Source: Thermoplasmata archaeon (GTDB lineage Archaea > Thermoplasmatota > SW-10-69-26 > JACQPN01 > JAJPHT01). Taken from it: a stretch of 36,942 bases of DNA. Both the position numbers and the translations under genes were made by a program. The notes beneath the pieces are model-generated. The model did not search any database and was not told the DNA's origin. It saw only the letters and a program-made list of their open reading frames with translations. Position 1 is the first letter of the stretch, and each line of letters opens with the position of its first letter. Where the stretch lies: NCBI GenBank assembly GCA_034667685.1, contig JAXDQU010000081.1, positions 1 to 36,942 on the forward strand. Reading direction: 5' to 3'. Shown piece after piece: positions 20,508-30,153 of the stretch.

Positions 20508-21035
20508 ATGCGCGCCACGCTGCCCGTCCTGCTGATCCTCGGCGTCCTGCCCAGCGCGCTCGCCGGCGCGTCCTCCTTCGACGCGCAGGGGGACGACTGC
20601 CAGGTCGACCTCGTCGCCACCTCCTTCCAGAGCCCCGCGCCGGCGTGCGCCATCGAGGTCCACGTGAGCCTCGGGTTCGACGCGCAGCGCTGCTCGTCCA
20701 CCACCTGCACGTTCACGACGCAGGGCAACGCCACCTACGTCTCCTCCGTCCCGGGCTTCCAGCAGGCGCTCTTCGAGGTCTACAACCCGCAGACGGGCTC
20801 GCCCGCGACCTGCATCGGCGCCGGCGCGCTCCCCGACACGGCCGTCACCTGCGAGGGCGCCACCGGGGGCAACGTCGTCACCGTCTCCGCCGGCCAGTGC
20901 CGCCCGCTCTTCCTCTACGCGTTCGGCTACACCGCGGTGGCGCCCTCTTTCGGCGCTCCGTCCATCCTGCACGTCACCGCGTCGCGCCAGCTCGCCTTCT
21001 GCCGCGACTCGCACGGTAACCCCAGCATCTCGTGA
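20508..21035 (+). CDS. Secreted 8-Cys protein, paralog A
   Basis: Signal peptide; Cys spacing and S.VPGF, NPQ, C.GATG, CRD..G.PS motifs shared with the next gene. Confidence 0.85.
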   Translation: MRATLPVLLILGVLPSALAGASSFDAQGDDCQVDLVATSFQSPAPACAIEVHVSLGFDAQRCSSTTCTFTTQGNATYVSSVPGFQQALFEVYNPQTGSPATCIGAGALPDTAVTCEGATGGNVVTVSAGQCRPLFLYAFGYTAVAPSFGAPSILHVTASRQLAFCRDSHGNPSIS

Positions 21036-21045
21036 GGTCCCCCGC

Positions 21046-21582
21046 ATGCGCGCCCTCGTCCTCCTGACCCTGCTCGTCCTCTTCACGCCCCAGGCCGCCG
21101 CCGCCCCCAACTTCGCCACCGGCAGCTCCGCCTGCCAGGCCGCGATCCCCATGGCCGGCACCGCGCCCTCCCCGGTCGGGGTGTGCGCCATCCAGGTCAG
21201 CGCCACGATCCACCTCGACGCCTCCACCTGCGACGCGACCTCGTGCTCCTACACCACCGAGGCCGTCGTCTCCTACGCCTCGCAGGTCCCCGGCTTCCTC
21301 GTCACGTACGCAGGCGTCCACAACCCCCAGCACGACACGCCGCTCGACTGCACCGCGTCGGGCCAGTCGGTGGGCACCGCCATCTCCTGCTCGGGCGCCA
21401 CCGGCCCCCAGACGATCGCGCTCTCCCCCGGCGCGTGCGTCCCCCTCGACCTGCGCGCCTACGGCTGGACGCAGGCCAGCACGGGCCTCCCCGTGGGCGC
21501 CTCCATCGTGGGCGCGTGGGTCGTCCAGACCCTCGAAGCGTGCCGCGACGCGCAGGGCGTGCCGAGCGTGAGCGCTGCGTAG
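21046..21582 (+). CDS. Secreted 8-Cys protein, paralog B
   Basis: Signal peptide; full-length paralogy with 20508..21035; GAGG upstream. Confidence 0.85.
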   Translation: MRALVLLTLLVLFTPQAAAAPNFATGSSACQAAIPMAGTAPSPVGVCAIQVSATIHLDASTCDATSCSYTTEAVVSYASQVPGFLVTYAGVHNPQHDTPLDCTASGQSVGTAISCSGATGPQTIALSPGACVPLDLRAYGWTQASTGLPVGASIVGAWVVQTLEACRDAQGVPSVSAA

Positions 21583-21589
21583 GCTGGCC

Positions 21590-22256
21590 TCAGAGCTTCT
21601 TGGGATATCGGCAGAGGCGACAGACCCTCCACGTGGTGGCCGCTCCGTCCACGACCCGCTCTCTCGCCTCGAAGCGGTGCTCGCCGTCGGGTGCCCGCGC
21701 GCACCGGCCTTGCCGTACGTACAAGCCGCTGCCGCCCGTGACGCGGATCTCGACCTCGCCAAGGGGACGCGCGGCCTCGTCGCGGGCCCGCCGCCACCGT
21801 CGCTCGTTCCGGGCGCTCAGGATCGCGTGGCGAACGCGTTGCGCGCCAACCAGGATCACGATGCCACCGAGCACGATACCCGCGGCGACGAGCGTCTCTC
21901 GCTGCGTCAGGATGCTGTCGGGCGAGTCGCCGCGGGTGACGACCTTGCTTTCAGGATCCATGACATCGGCGGGATTCGCGCTGTGGAGGACGGAATCTGG
22001 GTCGCGAGCCAAACCTCGCCTTGGCGGGTGGCGTACGCGGGCCACCGCCGCCGTTCCCGCCGGCTTCCCACCACGCCCACGCCGCCCGCACGGTGTCAAC
22101 GTAGGGCTGGGTCGTCTGCGTCAGGTTCGAGGCGTCGACGAAGACGAGGATCGGGACGTGCCCGTAGGGATTGAACGCGCCGCCGGGCCACGCCGCGGGC
22201 TGCTGCGCAAGCGCAGCGGGCGCCACGAGCACGAGAGCGAGTAACAGCGCGCGCAC
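21590..22256 (-). pseudogene. Disrupted matrixin-like (M10) membrane-anchored metalloprotease
   Basis: Frame 1: signal peptide + VPILVFVD...AWAWWEAGGNG; frame 2: LHSANPADVMDP (third His + Met-turn), TM helix and C-terminal C..H..CxxC; HExxH absent and frame shifted between 21989 and 22049. Confidence 0.6.
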
Positions 22257-22344
22257 GGCGGGGCACGCGCAGGAGGAGCAAGAAGGCTCCGTGGCGGCCG
22301 GGCACGTCGCAACCTCCAAGCCAAAGGGGGCGCTCGCCGAGCCG

Positions 22345-24363
22345 ATGAATCGTCTCGCGGGCGAAGCCTCGTCGTACCTTCGTTCGGCCGCCCACCAGCC
22401 CGTCCACTGGCAGCCCTTCGGTGAGGCGGCGTTCGCGCAGGCCAAGCGCGAGGACAAGCCGATCCTCCTGGACGTCGGCGCGGTGTGGTGCCACTGGTGC
22501 CACGTGATGGACCGCGAGAGCTACGAGGACGCCGCGATCGCGGAGCGGCTCAACCGCGCCTTCGTGGCGGTCAAGGTCGACCGCGACGAGCGGCCCGACG
22601 TCGACGCGCGCTATCAAAAGGCGGTGCAGGCGTTGACGGGGCAGGGGGGCTGGCCGCTCACGGCGTTCCTCTTCCCCGACGGGCGCGTCTTCTATGGGGG
22701 GACGTACTTCCCGCCGCGCGACGCGCACGGCCGGCCCTCGTTCGGCCGCGTGCTCGACGCGATCGCGGAGGCGTGGCGCGAGCGGCGCGACGAGCTGGTC
22801 CAGAACGCGGACGCCATCGGCGCGTTCCTGGGCCGGGACGCCGGCGCGCCGCGCGAGCCCGCGCCGGAGGAGACGTGGCCCGCGCTGCTCGACCACGCGG
22901 CGATGCACATCCGCGGCGACTTCGACGTCGCGCACGGCGGCTTCGGACATGCTCCGAAGTTCCCGCACCCGGCGGCGCACGACTTCCTCCTGGCGCGGGG
23001 GGACGCGGCCTCGCGCGACGTGGCGATGGCGACACTCCAGGCCATGCGCGCGGGCGGCGTGTACGACCAGCTCGCGGGCGGCTTCCACCGCTACAGCGTG
23101 GACGCCGAGTGGATCGTGCCGCACTTCGAGAAGATGCTCTACGACAACGCGGGCCTGCTGCGCAACTACACGCGCGCGGGTCTGCTCGACACGGCGCGGG
23201 AGATCCTCTTCTTCCTGCGCGACGTGCTCGCGCAGCCCGAGGGCGGATTCGGCGGGAGCCAGGACGCCGATATCAATCTGCAGGACGACGGCGACTTCTT
23301 CACGTGGACGTTGGACGAGCTTCGGGACGCGGTGGGCGACCCCGCGCTCGCGAAGCTGATGACGGCGCGCTATGGCGTGCGAGAGCAGGGAGACATGCAC
23401 CATGATCCCAAGCGGTGCGTCCTGCGCCTGGCCGCGGAGCCGGAGGCGCTGGCGGCGGCCTTCGGGCGGCCTGTCGAGGCGGACCTCGCGAAGGGGAAGG
23501 GGCTCATGGTCGCGGCGCGCGAGACGCGCCAGGCGCCGTTCGTCGACCCGACGCGGTACGCGAGCTGGAACGGCATGGCCGTGGGCGCGATCCTGGAGTA
23601 CGCGGGCGTCTCGGGCGACGAGAAGGCGGAGGCGTTCGCGCTGCGCACGCTAGACCTCTTCCTCGCGCGGGCGTACGCGCCGGAGCGGGGCTTCGCGCGG
23701 ACGCTCGACGCGCGCGCGTGGGGGATCCTCGACGACGACGCGCAGATGATGGATGCGCTGCTCGAAGCGCACTTCGCCACGGGCCAGGAACGATATCTCC
23801 GCGCCGCGCGGGAGGTGGCCGATCTTTTGCTGTCTCGGTTCCGGCACCCCTTGGGCGGCTTCGCGGACCGGGCGGCGGACCTCGCGCCCCAGGCCGTCGC
23901 GGCGCCCGTCGCGCAGGCGGAGCGCCCCCTGCAGGACGCGCCGACGGCCAGCGCGAACGGCGTGGCGCTGCGCGCGCTCCTGCGCCTCTCGGATGCTTCG
24001 GGCCAGCCGCGCTATGCCCAAGCCGCGCGGGCGGACCTCGCGAAGCTCGCGCCCGACGCGCCGCGCCTGGGACTCTTCGGCGGGGCTCTCCTGCTCGCGC
24101 TGGACGACGCGGTGAATCCGCCTCCGCGCATCGTCGTGGCGAGCGGCGATTCCGCCCCGTGGCGCGCCCTCGCGCGGCGGCACGCGAAGCCCGGCGCGAC
24201 GTTCGCGGGTCCGGACGACCCGGGCCTGCCGGAGGAGGCGCGCGCGTTCCGCGGCGAGGGCGCCATGGTCTGCCTGGGCACGCGCTGCCTCGCGCCCGCG
24301 CGGACGCCGGCGGAGCTGGTGGCGCGGCTGGCGGAGGCCCGCAAACCTCAAATCCCCCCGTAG
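22345..24363 (+). CDS. yyaL: Thioredoxin-domain protein YyaL/SSP411 (SPATA20-like)
   Basis: MNRLAGEASSYL, WCHWCHVMDRESY, KVDRDERPDVD, GGWPLT, GGFHRYSVD..W.VPHFEKMLYDNA. Confidence 0.95.
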   Translation: MNRLAGEASSYLRSAAHQPVHWQPFGEAAFAQAKREDKPILLDVGAVWCHWCHVMDRESYEDAAIAERLNRAFVAVKVDRDERPDVDARYQKAVQALTGQGGWPLTAFLFPDGRVFYGGTYFPPRDAHGRPSFGRVLDAIAEAWRERRDELVQNADAIGAFLGRDAGAPREPAPEETWPALLDHAAMHIRGDFDVAHGGFGHAPKFPHPAAHDFLLARGDAASRDVAMATLQAMRAGGVYDQLAGGFHRYSVDAEWIVPHFEKMLYDNAGLLRNYTRAGLLDTAREILFFLRDVLAQPEGGFGGSQDADINLQDDGDFFTWTLDELRDAVGDPALAKLMTARYGVREQGDMHHDPKRCVLRLAAEPEALAAAFGRPVEADLAKGKGLMVAARETRQAPFVDPTRYASWNGMAVGAILEYAGVSGDEKAEAFALRTLDLFLARAYAPERGFARTLDARAWGILDDDAQMMDALLEAHFATGQERYLRAAREVADLLLSRFRHPLGGFADRAADLAPQAVAAPVAQAERPLQDAPTASANGVALRALLRLSDASGQPRYAQAARADLAKLAPDAPRLGLFGGALLLALDDAVNPPPRIVVASGDSAPWRALARRHAKPGATFAGPDDPGLPEEARAFRGEGAMVCLGTRCLAPARTPAELVARLAEARKPQIPP

Positions 24364-24393
24364 GCTCCGCGACTACAACCGAGGAATATCTCC

Positions 24394-25476
24394 GTGCGTG
24401 CCCTTTCCCTCCTGCTCGTCGCCGCGCTGCTCGCGGGATGCACCGTTGGCGCACCCGCGCCCGGCTCGCCCACCGCGAGCAAGACGGTCACCGTGATGAC
24501 CTACAGCGCGTTCGGCGTCAACAAGTCGATCTTCACCGACTTCGAGAACCTCACCGGCATCCACGTCGCGCTCATCACGCAGGACGACGCGGGCGCCGTG
24601 GTCAACCGCGCCATCGCGACGAAGGACCACCCGGTTGCCGACCTGCTCATCGGCGTCGACAACTCGCTGATCAGCCGCGCGAAGACCGCGGGGCTCTTCG
24701 AGCCGTACAACACGACCGCCGCCGCCTACGTGCCCGAGCGCTACAAGGCCGACTTCCGCGACGCGCAACGCGACCTGCTCGCGGTGCCGTTCGACTACGG
24801 CTACATGGAGATGAACGTCGACGCCGCGTGGATGCAGGCGCACAACGTCTCGCTCCCCGTCCGGTTCGAGCAGCTCGCCGACGCCACGTACGCGCCGCTC
24901 ACCGTCGTCGAGAACCCGCAGACCTCCACGCCGGGCCTGGGCTTCCTCCTGGCGACCGTCGCGCACTTTGGCCAGAACGGCTCGTACACCTACCAGGACT
25001 TCTGGCGCGACTACGCGGCGCACGGCGGCAAGATCTCCACCTCGTGGGACGATGCCTACGGCAAGGTGTTCACGCAGGGCTACGATGGCACGGGCTCGCA
25101 CGACCGCCCCATCGTCTTCTCGTACAGCTCCAGCCCCGCCTACAACCCGATGGAAGGGTACGGCAACGCCACGAGCCAGGACCTCGACCTGCGCGACGCC
25201 TCGTGGTTCCAGGTGGAGGCGATGGGCGTCCTCGCGCACGCGCAGAACCCCGCGGGCGCCAGGAAGCTCATCGACTACCTGCTGAACGTCGACATCCAGG
25301 GCGAGGTCGCCTACGACCAGGTGATGTACCCCGTCGTGGCCGGCGCCAGCGCGCCCGACGCGTATCTCCAGTACGGCCCCGAGCCGCTGGAGCCCGCGCA
25401 CCTCGACGCCGACCAGATCGAGGCGCACCGCGAAGCGTGGATCGCCGGCTGGCGCGAGGCCACCGGAAGCGCGTGA
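24394..25476 (+). CDS. thiB: Thiamine ABC transporter substrate-binding lipoprotein
   Basis: LAGC lipobox; VMTYSAF, GDAG-like DDAG, ADLLIGVDN, PFDYGY, NPQTSTPGLGFL, WDDAY, SYSSSP, FQVE, MYP. Confidence 0.9.
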   Translation: MRALSLLLVAALLAGCTVGAPAPGSPTASKTVTVMTYSAFGVNKSIFTDFENLTGIHVALITQDDAGAVVNRAIATKDHPVADLLIGVDNSLISRAKTAGLFEPYNTTAAAYVPERYKADFRDAQRDLLAVPFDYGYMEMNVDAAWMQAHNVSLPVRFEQLADATYAPLTVVENPQTSTPGLGFLLATVAHFGQNGSYTYQDFWRDYAAHGGKISTSWDDAYGKVFTQGYDGTGSHDRPIVFSYSSSPAYNPMEGYGNATSQDLDLRDASWFQVEAMGVLAHAQNPAGARKLIDYLLNVDIQGEVAYDQVMYPVVAGASAPDAYLQYGPEPLEPAHLDADQIEAHREAWIAGWREATGSA

Positions 25477-25482
25477 GGCACG

Positions 25483-27045
25483 ATGCGGCGCGTCGCGTGG
25501 GCGCTCCCGGCCGCGTTCCTCGCCGCCTTCCTCGCGTGGCCGCTGCTATCATTCCTGCGCCTGGCCGGCCCGCCCGCCGCGCTGGGCGCCTGGGAGCAGG
25601 GGCGCCTCGCCGCGAGCCTCAAGCTGGGCCTTCTCACCGCCGCGCTGGCCCTCGCCTTTGGCATGCCCCTCGCGTGGCTCCTGGGGCGCCACCGCTTTCC
25701 CGGGCGCAAGCTCCTGCGCGCGCTCGTCACCGTCCCCTTCGTGATGCCCGTGGTCGTCGTCGCGAGCGGCGTGATCGTCCTCATGGGCCCGCGCGCCTCG
25801 GGGACGTATGCCGCGCTCCTCGTCGCGCACGCGGTCTACAACGTGCCCCTCGTCGTCCGGCTCGTGGGCGACGCGTGGGCGCACCTCGACCCGCGCGCCG
25901 AGGACGCCGCCGCCACCCTGGGCGCCGGGCCGCTCCTCCGCTTCACGCGCGTCACGCTGCCGCGCCTCGTCCCCGCGATCCTCGCCGCGACGATGCTCGC
26001 GTTCCTCTTCGGCTTCACCGCCTTCGGCACGATCCTGCTGCTCGCCGATCCGGTGCGCGACGCGACCCTGGAGGTCGCCGTCTACCACGAGGGGATCCTC
26101 GTCTACGACCTGCCCGTCGCGGCGACGCTCGCGCTCATCCAGCTTGCGGTGACGTTTCTGGCCGCCCTGGCCTATGCGTGGCTCGCGCGCCGCGCCGCCG
26201 CGCAGGAGAGCGCCGCGTCCGAGGCCGAGACGCTCCGGCCGCTCTCGCCGCGCGCGTGGCCGCTCATCGCCCTCGCCTTCGGAGTCGCCGCCGCGCTGCT
26301 ATCACCCCTCGCCGCCGTCCTCGCGCGCGCCCTGGAGACGCCCGCGGGCTTCGGCTTCGAGGCGTTCCATCGCGTGTTCGTGGACACCGGCGCGCTCCTC
26401 TACGTCCCGCCGGTCGACGCGCTGCGGCATTCGCTCCTCTTCGCGCTCGCCTGCGTCGCGATCGCCGTGCCCCTGGGCGCGCTCGCCGCCCGCGCCGCCG
26501 CCGAGAGCGGCCCGCTGCTCGATGCCGTCTGGATGCTGCCCCTGGGGGCCAGCGCCGTCACGCTGAGCCTCGGCCTCCTGCTCGTCTTCCCCTGGCAGGC
26601 GGGGCCCTTCGGCCTCGACCTGCGCGGCACCGCCGCCATGCTCGTGCTGGTCCACGTCCTCGTCGCGTTCCCCTTCGTCGCGCGCGCCATGACCGGCCCG
26701 CTGCGCGCCCGCGACCCCGCGCTCTCCGACGCCGCGCGCGCGCTGGGCGCCAAGCGCTGGCAGCGCGTCCTCTGGATCGAGGCGCCGCTGCTATCACCCG
26801 CCCTGCTCGTGGGCGCCGTCCTGGCCGCGAGCGTGAGCCTGGGCGAGTTCGCCGGCGCGCTGATCCTCCTGCGCCCCGAGTACGCGACCGTGCCGGCCGA
26901 GATGTACCGATATCTCTCGTCGACGCGCCCTGACCCGTGGGTCCTTCCCGAGGCGTTCGCGCTCGCCTCCATGCTGATGCTCCTCGACCTCGCCATCTTC
27001 GCCCTCCTGGAACGCATCCGCCCCGGGCGCACCGGAGGATTCTAG
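25483..27045 (+). CDS. thiP: Thiamine/iron-type ABC transporter permease (two fused TM modules)
   Basis: Two EAA loops (EDAAATLGA, DAARALGA), FPG, PFVMP, SLGEF. Confidence 0.88.
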   Translation: MRRVAWALPAAFLAAFLAWPLLSFLRLAGPPAALGAWEQGRLAASLKLGLLTAALALAFGMPLAWLLGRHRFPGRKLLRALVTVPFVMPVVVVASGVIVLMGPRASGTYAALLVAHAVYNVPLVVRLVGDAWAHLDPRAEDAAATLGAGPLLRFTRVTLPRLVPAILAATMLAFLFGFTAFGTILLLADPVRDATLEVAVYHEGILVYDLPVAATLALIQLAVTFLAALAYAWLARRAAAQESAASEAETLRPLSPRAWPLIALAFGVAAALLSPLAAVLARALETPAGFGFEAFHRVFVDTGALLYVPPVDALRHSLLFALACVAIAVPLGALAARAAAESGPLLDAVWMLPLGASAVTLSLGLLLVFPWQAGPFGLDLRGTAAMLVLVHVLVAFPFVARAMTGPLRARDPALSDAARALGAKRWQRVLWIEAPLLSPALLVGAVLAASVSLGEFAGALILLRPEYATVPAEMYRYLSSTRPDPWVLPEAFALASMLMLLDLAIFALLERIRPGRTGGF

Positions 27046-28002
27046 ATGGCCGCCGTCGCCCTCCAGGGCGTCGCGCGCCGCTACGACGATTTCGCGCTCC
27101 ACCCCACGAGCCTCGACCTGCCCGCGCGCAGCTTCACGGTGCTCCTGGGCCCCAGCGGCTCGGGCAAGACGACGCTCCTGCGCATGATCGCCGGCCTGGA
27201 GCGCCCCGACGCCGGTGATATCACGATCGGCGGGCGCGACGTCACGGCGCTTCCGCCCGAGGCGCGCGGCGTCGGCCTCGTCTTCCAGGAGGGCGCGCTC
27301 TTCCCGCACCTCGACGTCGCCGGCAACGTCGGCTTCGGCCTGCGCGTGCAGGGCGTCCCCGCCCGCGAGCGCGCCACGCGCGTGGACGAGGCGCTTGCGC
27401 TCGTGGGGCTCGCGGGCTTCGGCGCGCGCAAGGTGGCGCGCCTCTCCGGCGGCGAGCGGCAGCGCGTCGCGCTCGCCCGCGCCCTCGCCCCGCGCCCCGC
27501 CGTCGTCCTTTTCGACGAGCCCCTCGCGAGCCTCGACCGCGCGCTGCGCGAGGAGCTGCGCGTCACGCTGCGCCGCGTCCACGACGAGGCCGGCCTCACG
27601 AGCGTTCTCGTCACGCACGACCGCGAGGAGGCGCTCGCGCTCGCCGATCGGCTCGTGCTGATGCGCGAAGGGCGCGTCGTCGAGGAGGGCGCGCCGCGCG
27701 CCATGTTCGAGCAGCCGCGCACCGCGTTCGCCGCGCGCTTCCTGGGCGCCGCCAACGTCATCGGCGACAAGCTCGTCCCGCCCGACGCCATCCGGCTGAC
27801 CGAGGACGCGCGGGGCGACGCCGTCGTGCTCGCGCGCCGCTTCGCCGGCTTCCACGAGGAGGCGCGCGTCCGGCTCGCCGACGGCACGGAGATCGACGCA
27901 CGCGGCGCGGTGGGCACGCTCCCCGCGGCGGGCGCCAAGGTGCGCGTGGCGTGGGACGAGGCGAGGGCGAGGAAGCCCCAGCCGGCTGATCCGCGGGATT
28001 GA
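27046..28002 (+). CDS. thiQ: ABC transporter ATP-binding subunit
   Basis: GPSGSGKT, VFQ, LSGGERQRVALARAL, DEP, VTHD; directly follows the permease with GGAGG upstream. Confidence 0.88.
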   Translation: MAAVALQGVARRYDDFALHPTSLDLPARSFTVLLGPSGSGKTTLLRMIAGLERPDAGDITIGGRDVTALPPEARGVGLVFQEGALFPHLDVAGNVGFGLRVQGVPARERATRVDEALALVGLAGFGARKVARLSGGERQRVALARALAPRPAVVLFDEPLASLDRALREELRVTLRRVHDEAGLTSVLVTHDREEALALADRLVLMREGRVVEEGAPRAMFEQPRTAFAARFLGAANVIGDKLVPPDAIRLTEDARGDAVVLARRFAGFHEEARVRLADGTEIDARGAVGTLPAAGAKVRVAWDEARARKPQPADPRD

Positions 28003-28027
28003 AGGTACCGGCCTGGGCTTCCCGGGC

Positions 28028-29884
28028 GTGCTCCTGTTCGAGGGATCGAGCCCGCGCTTCTGCGAGGAAGCCGAGGCGGGGCGGCTCGCGTCACACCTGT
28101 CCCAGCGTTACAGGATGGTCCTCGGCCACACGCCCTCCCCGGGCGAGGTCAGGGCCTGGCGGAACTCGCTCGCGGCGTTCGCATCGCGTCTGCGTGCGGT
28201 CCCGAGCGCGACCGCCCATGTGCTGGTCGAATACCAGCTGCCGCTCTCGTCGAGCCGGCTTGACTGCATGGTGCTCGGCCACGATGCGGCTGGGAACGCG
28301 AACGCGGACATCGTCGAGCTCAAGCAGTGGGAGCAGGCGGACGAGTCACCGTTCGAAGACTGCGTATACGTCTTCGGAGAGCACAAGCTCCACCCGAGCG
28401 CGCAGGTCGGAGGATACACGGAGTACCTCCGCGACACGCTTTCCGTCTTCCAGGATGCGCCCGGCATCGACCTGCGCGGATGCGCGTACCTCCACAACCT
28501 GCGGAGCGTGGAGGTGAGCATCCTCGGGCTGGAGCGTTATGCGCCGCTCTTGCGGGACTATCCCATCTACGACGAGCGTAGCGAGGGAGCGCTCACGGAG
28601 CGGCTCGCGGAACGGATCGGCCAAGGAGACGGGGAGGAGCTGTTCGCGAAGGTCATGCGCAGCCGCTATCGCCCAAGCCTGAAGCTCCTGGACCACACGG
28701 CGCGAATGATCGAGGGAGACCCGATCTACCGCCTGCTCGACAACCAGCAGGTCGCGTACAATGCCGTCAAGTCCGCGGTCGAGAAGGGCATCAGCGGCGC
28801 GGCCACGCGCTCGGTCTTCGTCGTCGAAGGCGGGCCCGGCTCCGGCAAGAGCGTCATCGCGATGCGGCTCTTCGCCGACATGGCGCGGCGCGGCTACAAG
28901 GTCAACCACGCGACGGGCTCGAAGGCATTCACCACCAACGTCCGGGCGCGCGTCGGGCGCAAGGGCCAGGTCTTGTTCCGTTACTTCAATCAGTTCATGG
29001 CGGCCGCGCCGCAGATGCTGGATCTTCTCATCTGCGACGAAGCCCACCGCATCCGCGCGACGTCGAACAACCAATACACCGCCAGCGACAAGCGCTCCAC
29101 CCGGAGCCAGGTCGAGGAGCTCATCGCGGCAAGCCGCGTCTCCATCTTCTTCCTGGACGCGAACCAGACCGTGCGCCCCGGAGAGGTCGGCTCGACAAGC
29201 CTCGTCCGCGCGACAGCCGAGGCGATGGGCGCAAGCGTGACGACGCTTCGCCTGGAGTCCCAGTTCCGGTGCGCGGGAAGCCAATCCTACGTCGAATGGG
29301 TCGAAGGCGCCCTCGGGTTGCGCGAGGGCGCGAACCTCGGTTGGCGAGAGGCAGGGGACTTCGACTTTCGTCTGGTCGACTCTCCCGGCGAGATGGAGCG
29401 GCTCCTGCGCGAGCGCATCGCGAAGGGCGACTCGGCCCGCATGGTCGCCGGATTCTGCTGGCCTTGGTCCCGAACGCCCGGCTGGGACCTCCCCGAGGAG
29501 GTCGTGATCGGGGATTGGCGGAAGCCTTGGAATCCCTTTCAGATCGGGACCACGCCCGCCCAGGACGCGTACTTCCTGTGGGCCTCGACCCCCCGCGGAT
29601 TCGACCAGGTCGGCTGCATCTACTCGGCGCAGGGATTTGAATGGGATTACGTCGGCGTGATCGTCGGGCCTGACCTCGTGTGGCGCGAGGGGCGATGGGT
29701 CGCCGATCGCGCGAAGAGCGAGGACACGGCAGGCGCGAGGCGCGAGAAGGACCCCGCGCGCCTGGCGAGCCTGCTTGAGAACACGTATCGCGTCCTCTTC
29801 ACCCGCGGCATGCGCGGCTGCTTCGTCTACTGCTGCGATGCCCAGACGCGGGAGCACTTCGAGGCGATGCTCCGGGGGATCTAG
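28028..29884 (+). CDS. DUF2075 (Schlafen group 3-like) SF1 helicase with N-terminal PD-(D/E)XK-like domain
   Basis: EYQLP..RLD...IVELKQW; Walker A GGPGSGKS; Walker B ICDEAHR; QFRC.GS; GCIYSAQGFEWDYVGV; NTYRVLFTRG. Confidence 0.9.
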   Translation: MLLFEGSSPRFCEEAEAGRLASHLSQRYRMVLGHTPSPGEVRAWRNSLAAFASRLRAVPSATAHVLVEYQLPLSSSRLDCMVLGHDAAGNANADIVELKQWEQADESPFEDCVYVFGEHKLHPSAQVGGYTEYLRDTLSVFQDAPGIDLRGCAYLHNLRSVEVSILGLERYAPLLRDYPIYDERSEGALTERLAERIGQGDGEELFAKVMRSRYRPSLKLLDHTARMIEGDPIYRLLDNQQVAYNAVKSAVEKGISGAATRSVFVVEGGPGSGKSVIAMRLFADMARRGYKVNHATGSKAFTTNVRARVGRKGQVLFRYFNQFMAAAPQMLDLLICDEAHRIRATSNNQYTASDKRSTRSQVEELIAASRVSIFFLDANQTVRPGEVGSTSLVRATAEAMGASVTTLRLESQFRCAGSQSYVEWVEGALGLREGANLGWREAGDFDFRLVDSPGEMERLLRERIAKGDSARMVAGFCWPWSRTPGWDLPEEVVIGDWRKPWNPFQIGTTPAQDAYFLWASTPRGFDQVGCIYSAQGFEWDYVGVIVGPDLVWREGRWVADRAKSEDTAGARREKDPARLASLLENTYRVLFTRGMRGCFVYCCDAQTREHFEAMLRGI

Positions 29885-30081
29885 CGCCGGAACCGCAGCC
29901 GCGGTCGACTCATGAGGATCGTCGCGCCCAAGGCCACGGCGCCGGCGGCAAGCGCGAAGCCGAAGTGCGTCGCGCCGGGGCCGGAGGGCGAGGCGGCGTG
30001 CGCCTGGGCCCCGCCCGTCATGACGCCGTAGACGCCCACGACCAGGAGCACCCCGACGAGGGCGGCAAGCGCGCGCAGCAC
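29881..30081 (-). CDS. Small 2-TM membrane protein (66 aa)
   Basis: Two hydrophobic helices, basic C-terminus; convergent CTAG overlap with the DUF2075 gene. Confidence 0.55.
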   Translation of the reverse strand: MLRALAALVGVLLVVGVYGVMTGGAQAHAASPSGPGATHFGFALAAGAVALGATILMSRPRLRFRR

Positions 30082-30153
30082 GGGGCCAACTTCGGGTCGG
30101 GGCGGTGTTGTTCGTTCTGGAACAAGGATCGCAGCCGCGGCTGCCTGCTTGGG

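Noticed and set aside
24364-24393. TPP riboswitch upstream of thiB
   Set aside because: Intergenic gap is only 30 nt and no aptamer consensus is visible.
23415-26933. 1172-aa Arg/Ala/Pro-rich ORF, and similar long ORFs such as 4844..6979 and 34385..36448
   Set aside because: Off-frame, low-complexity translations overlapping well-supported genes; no motifs.
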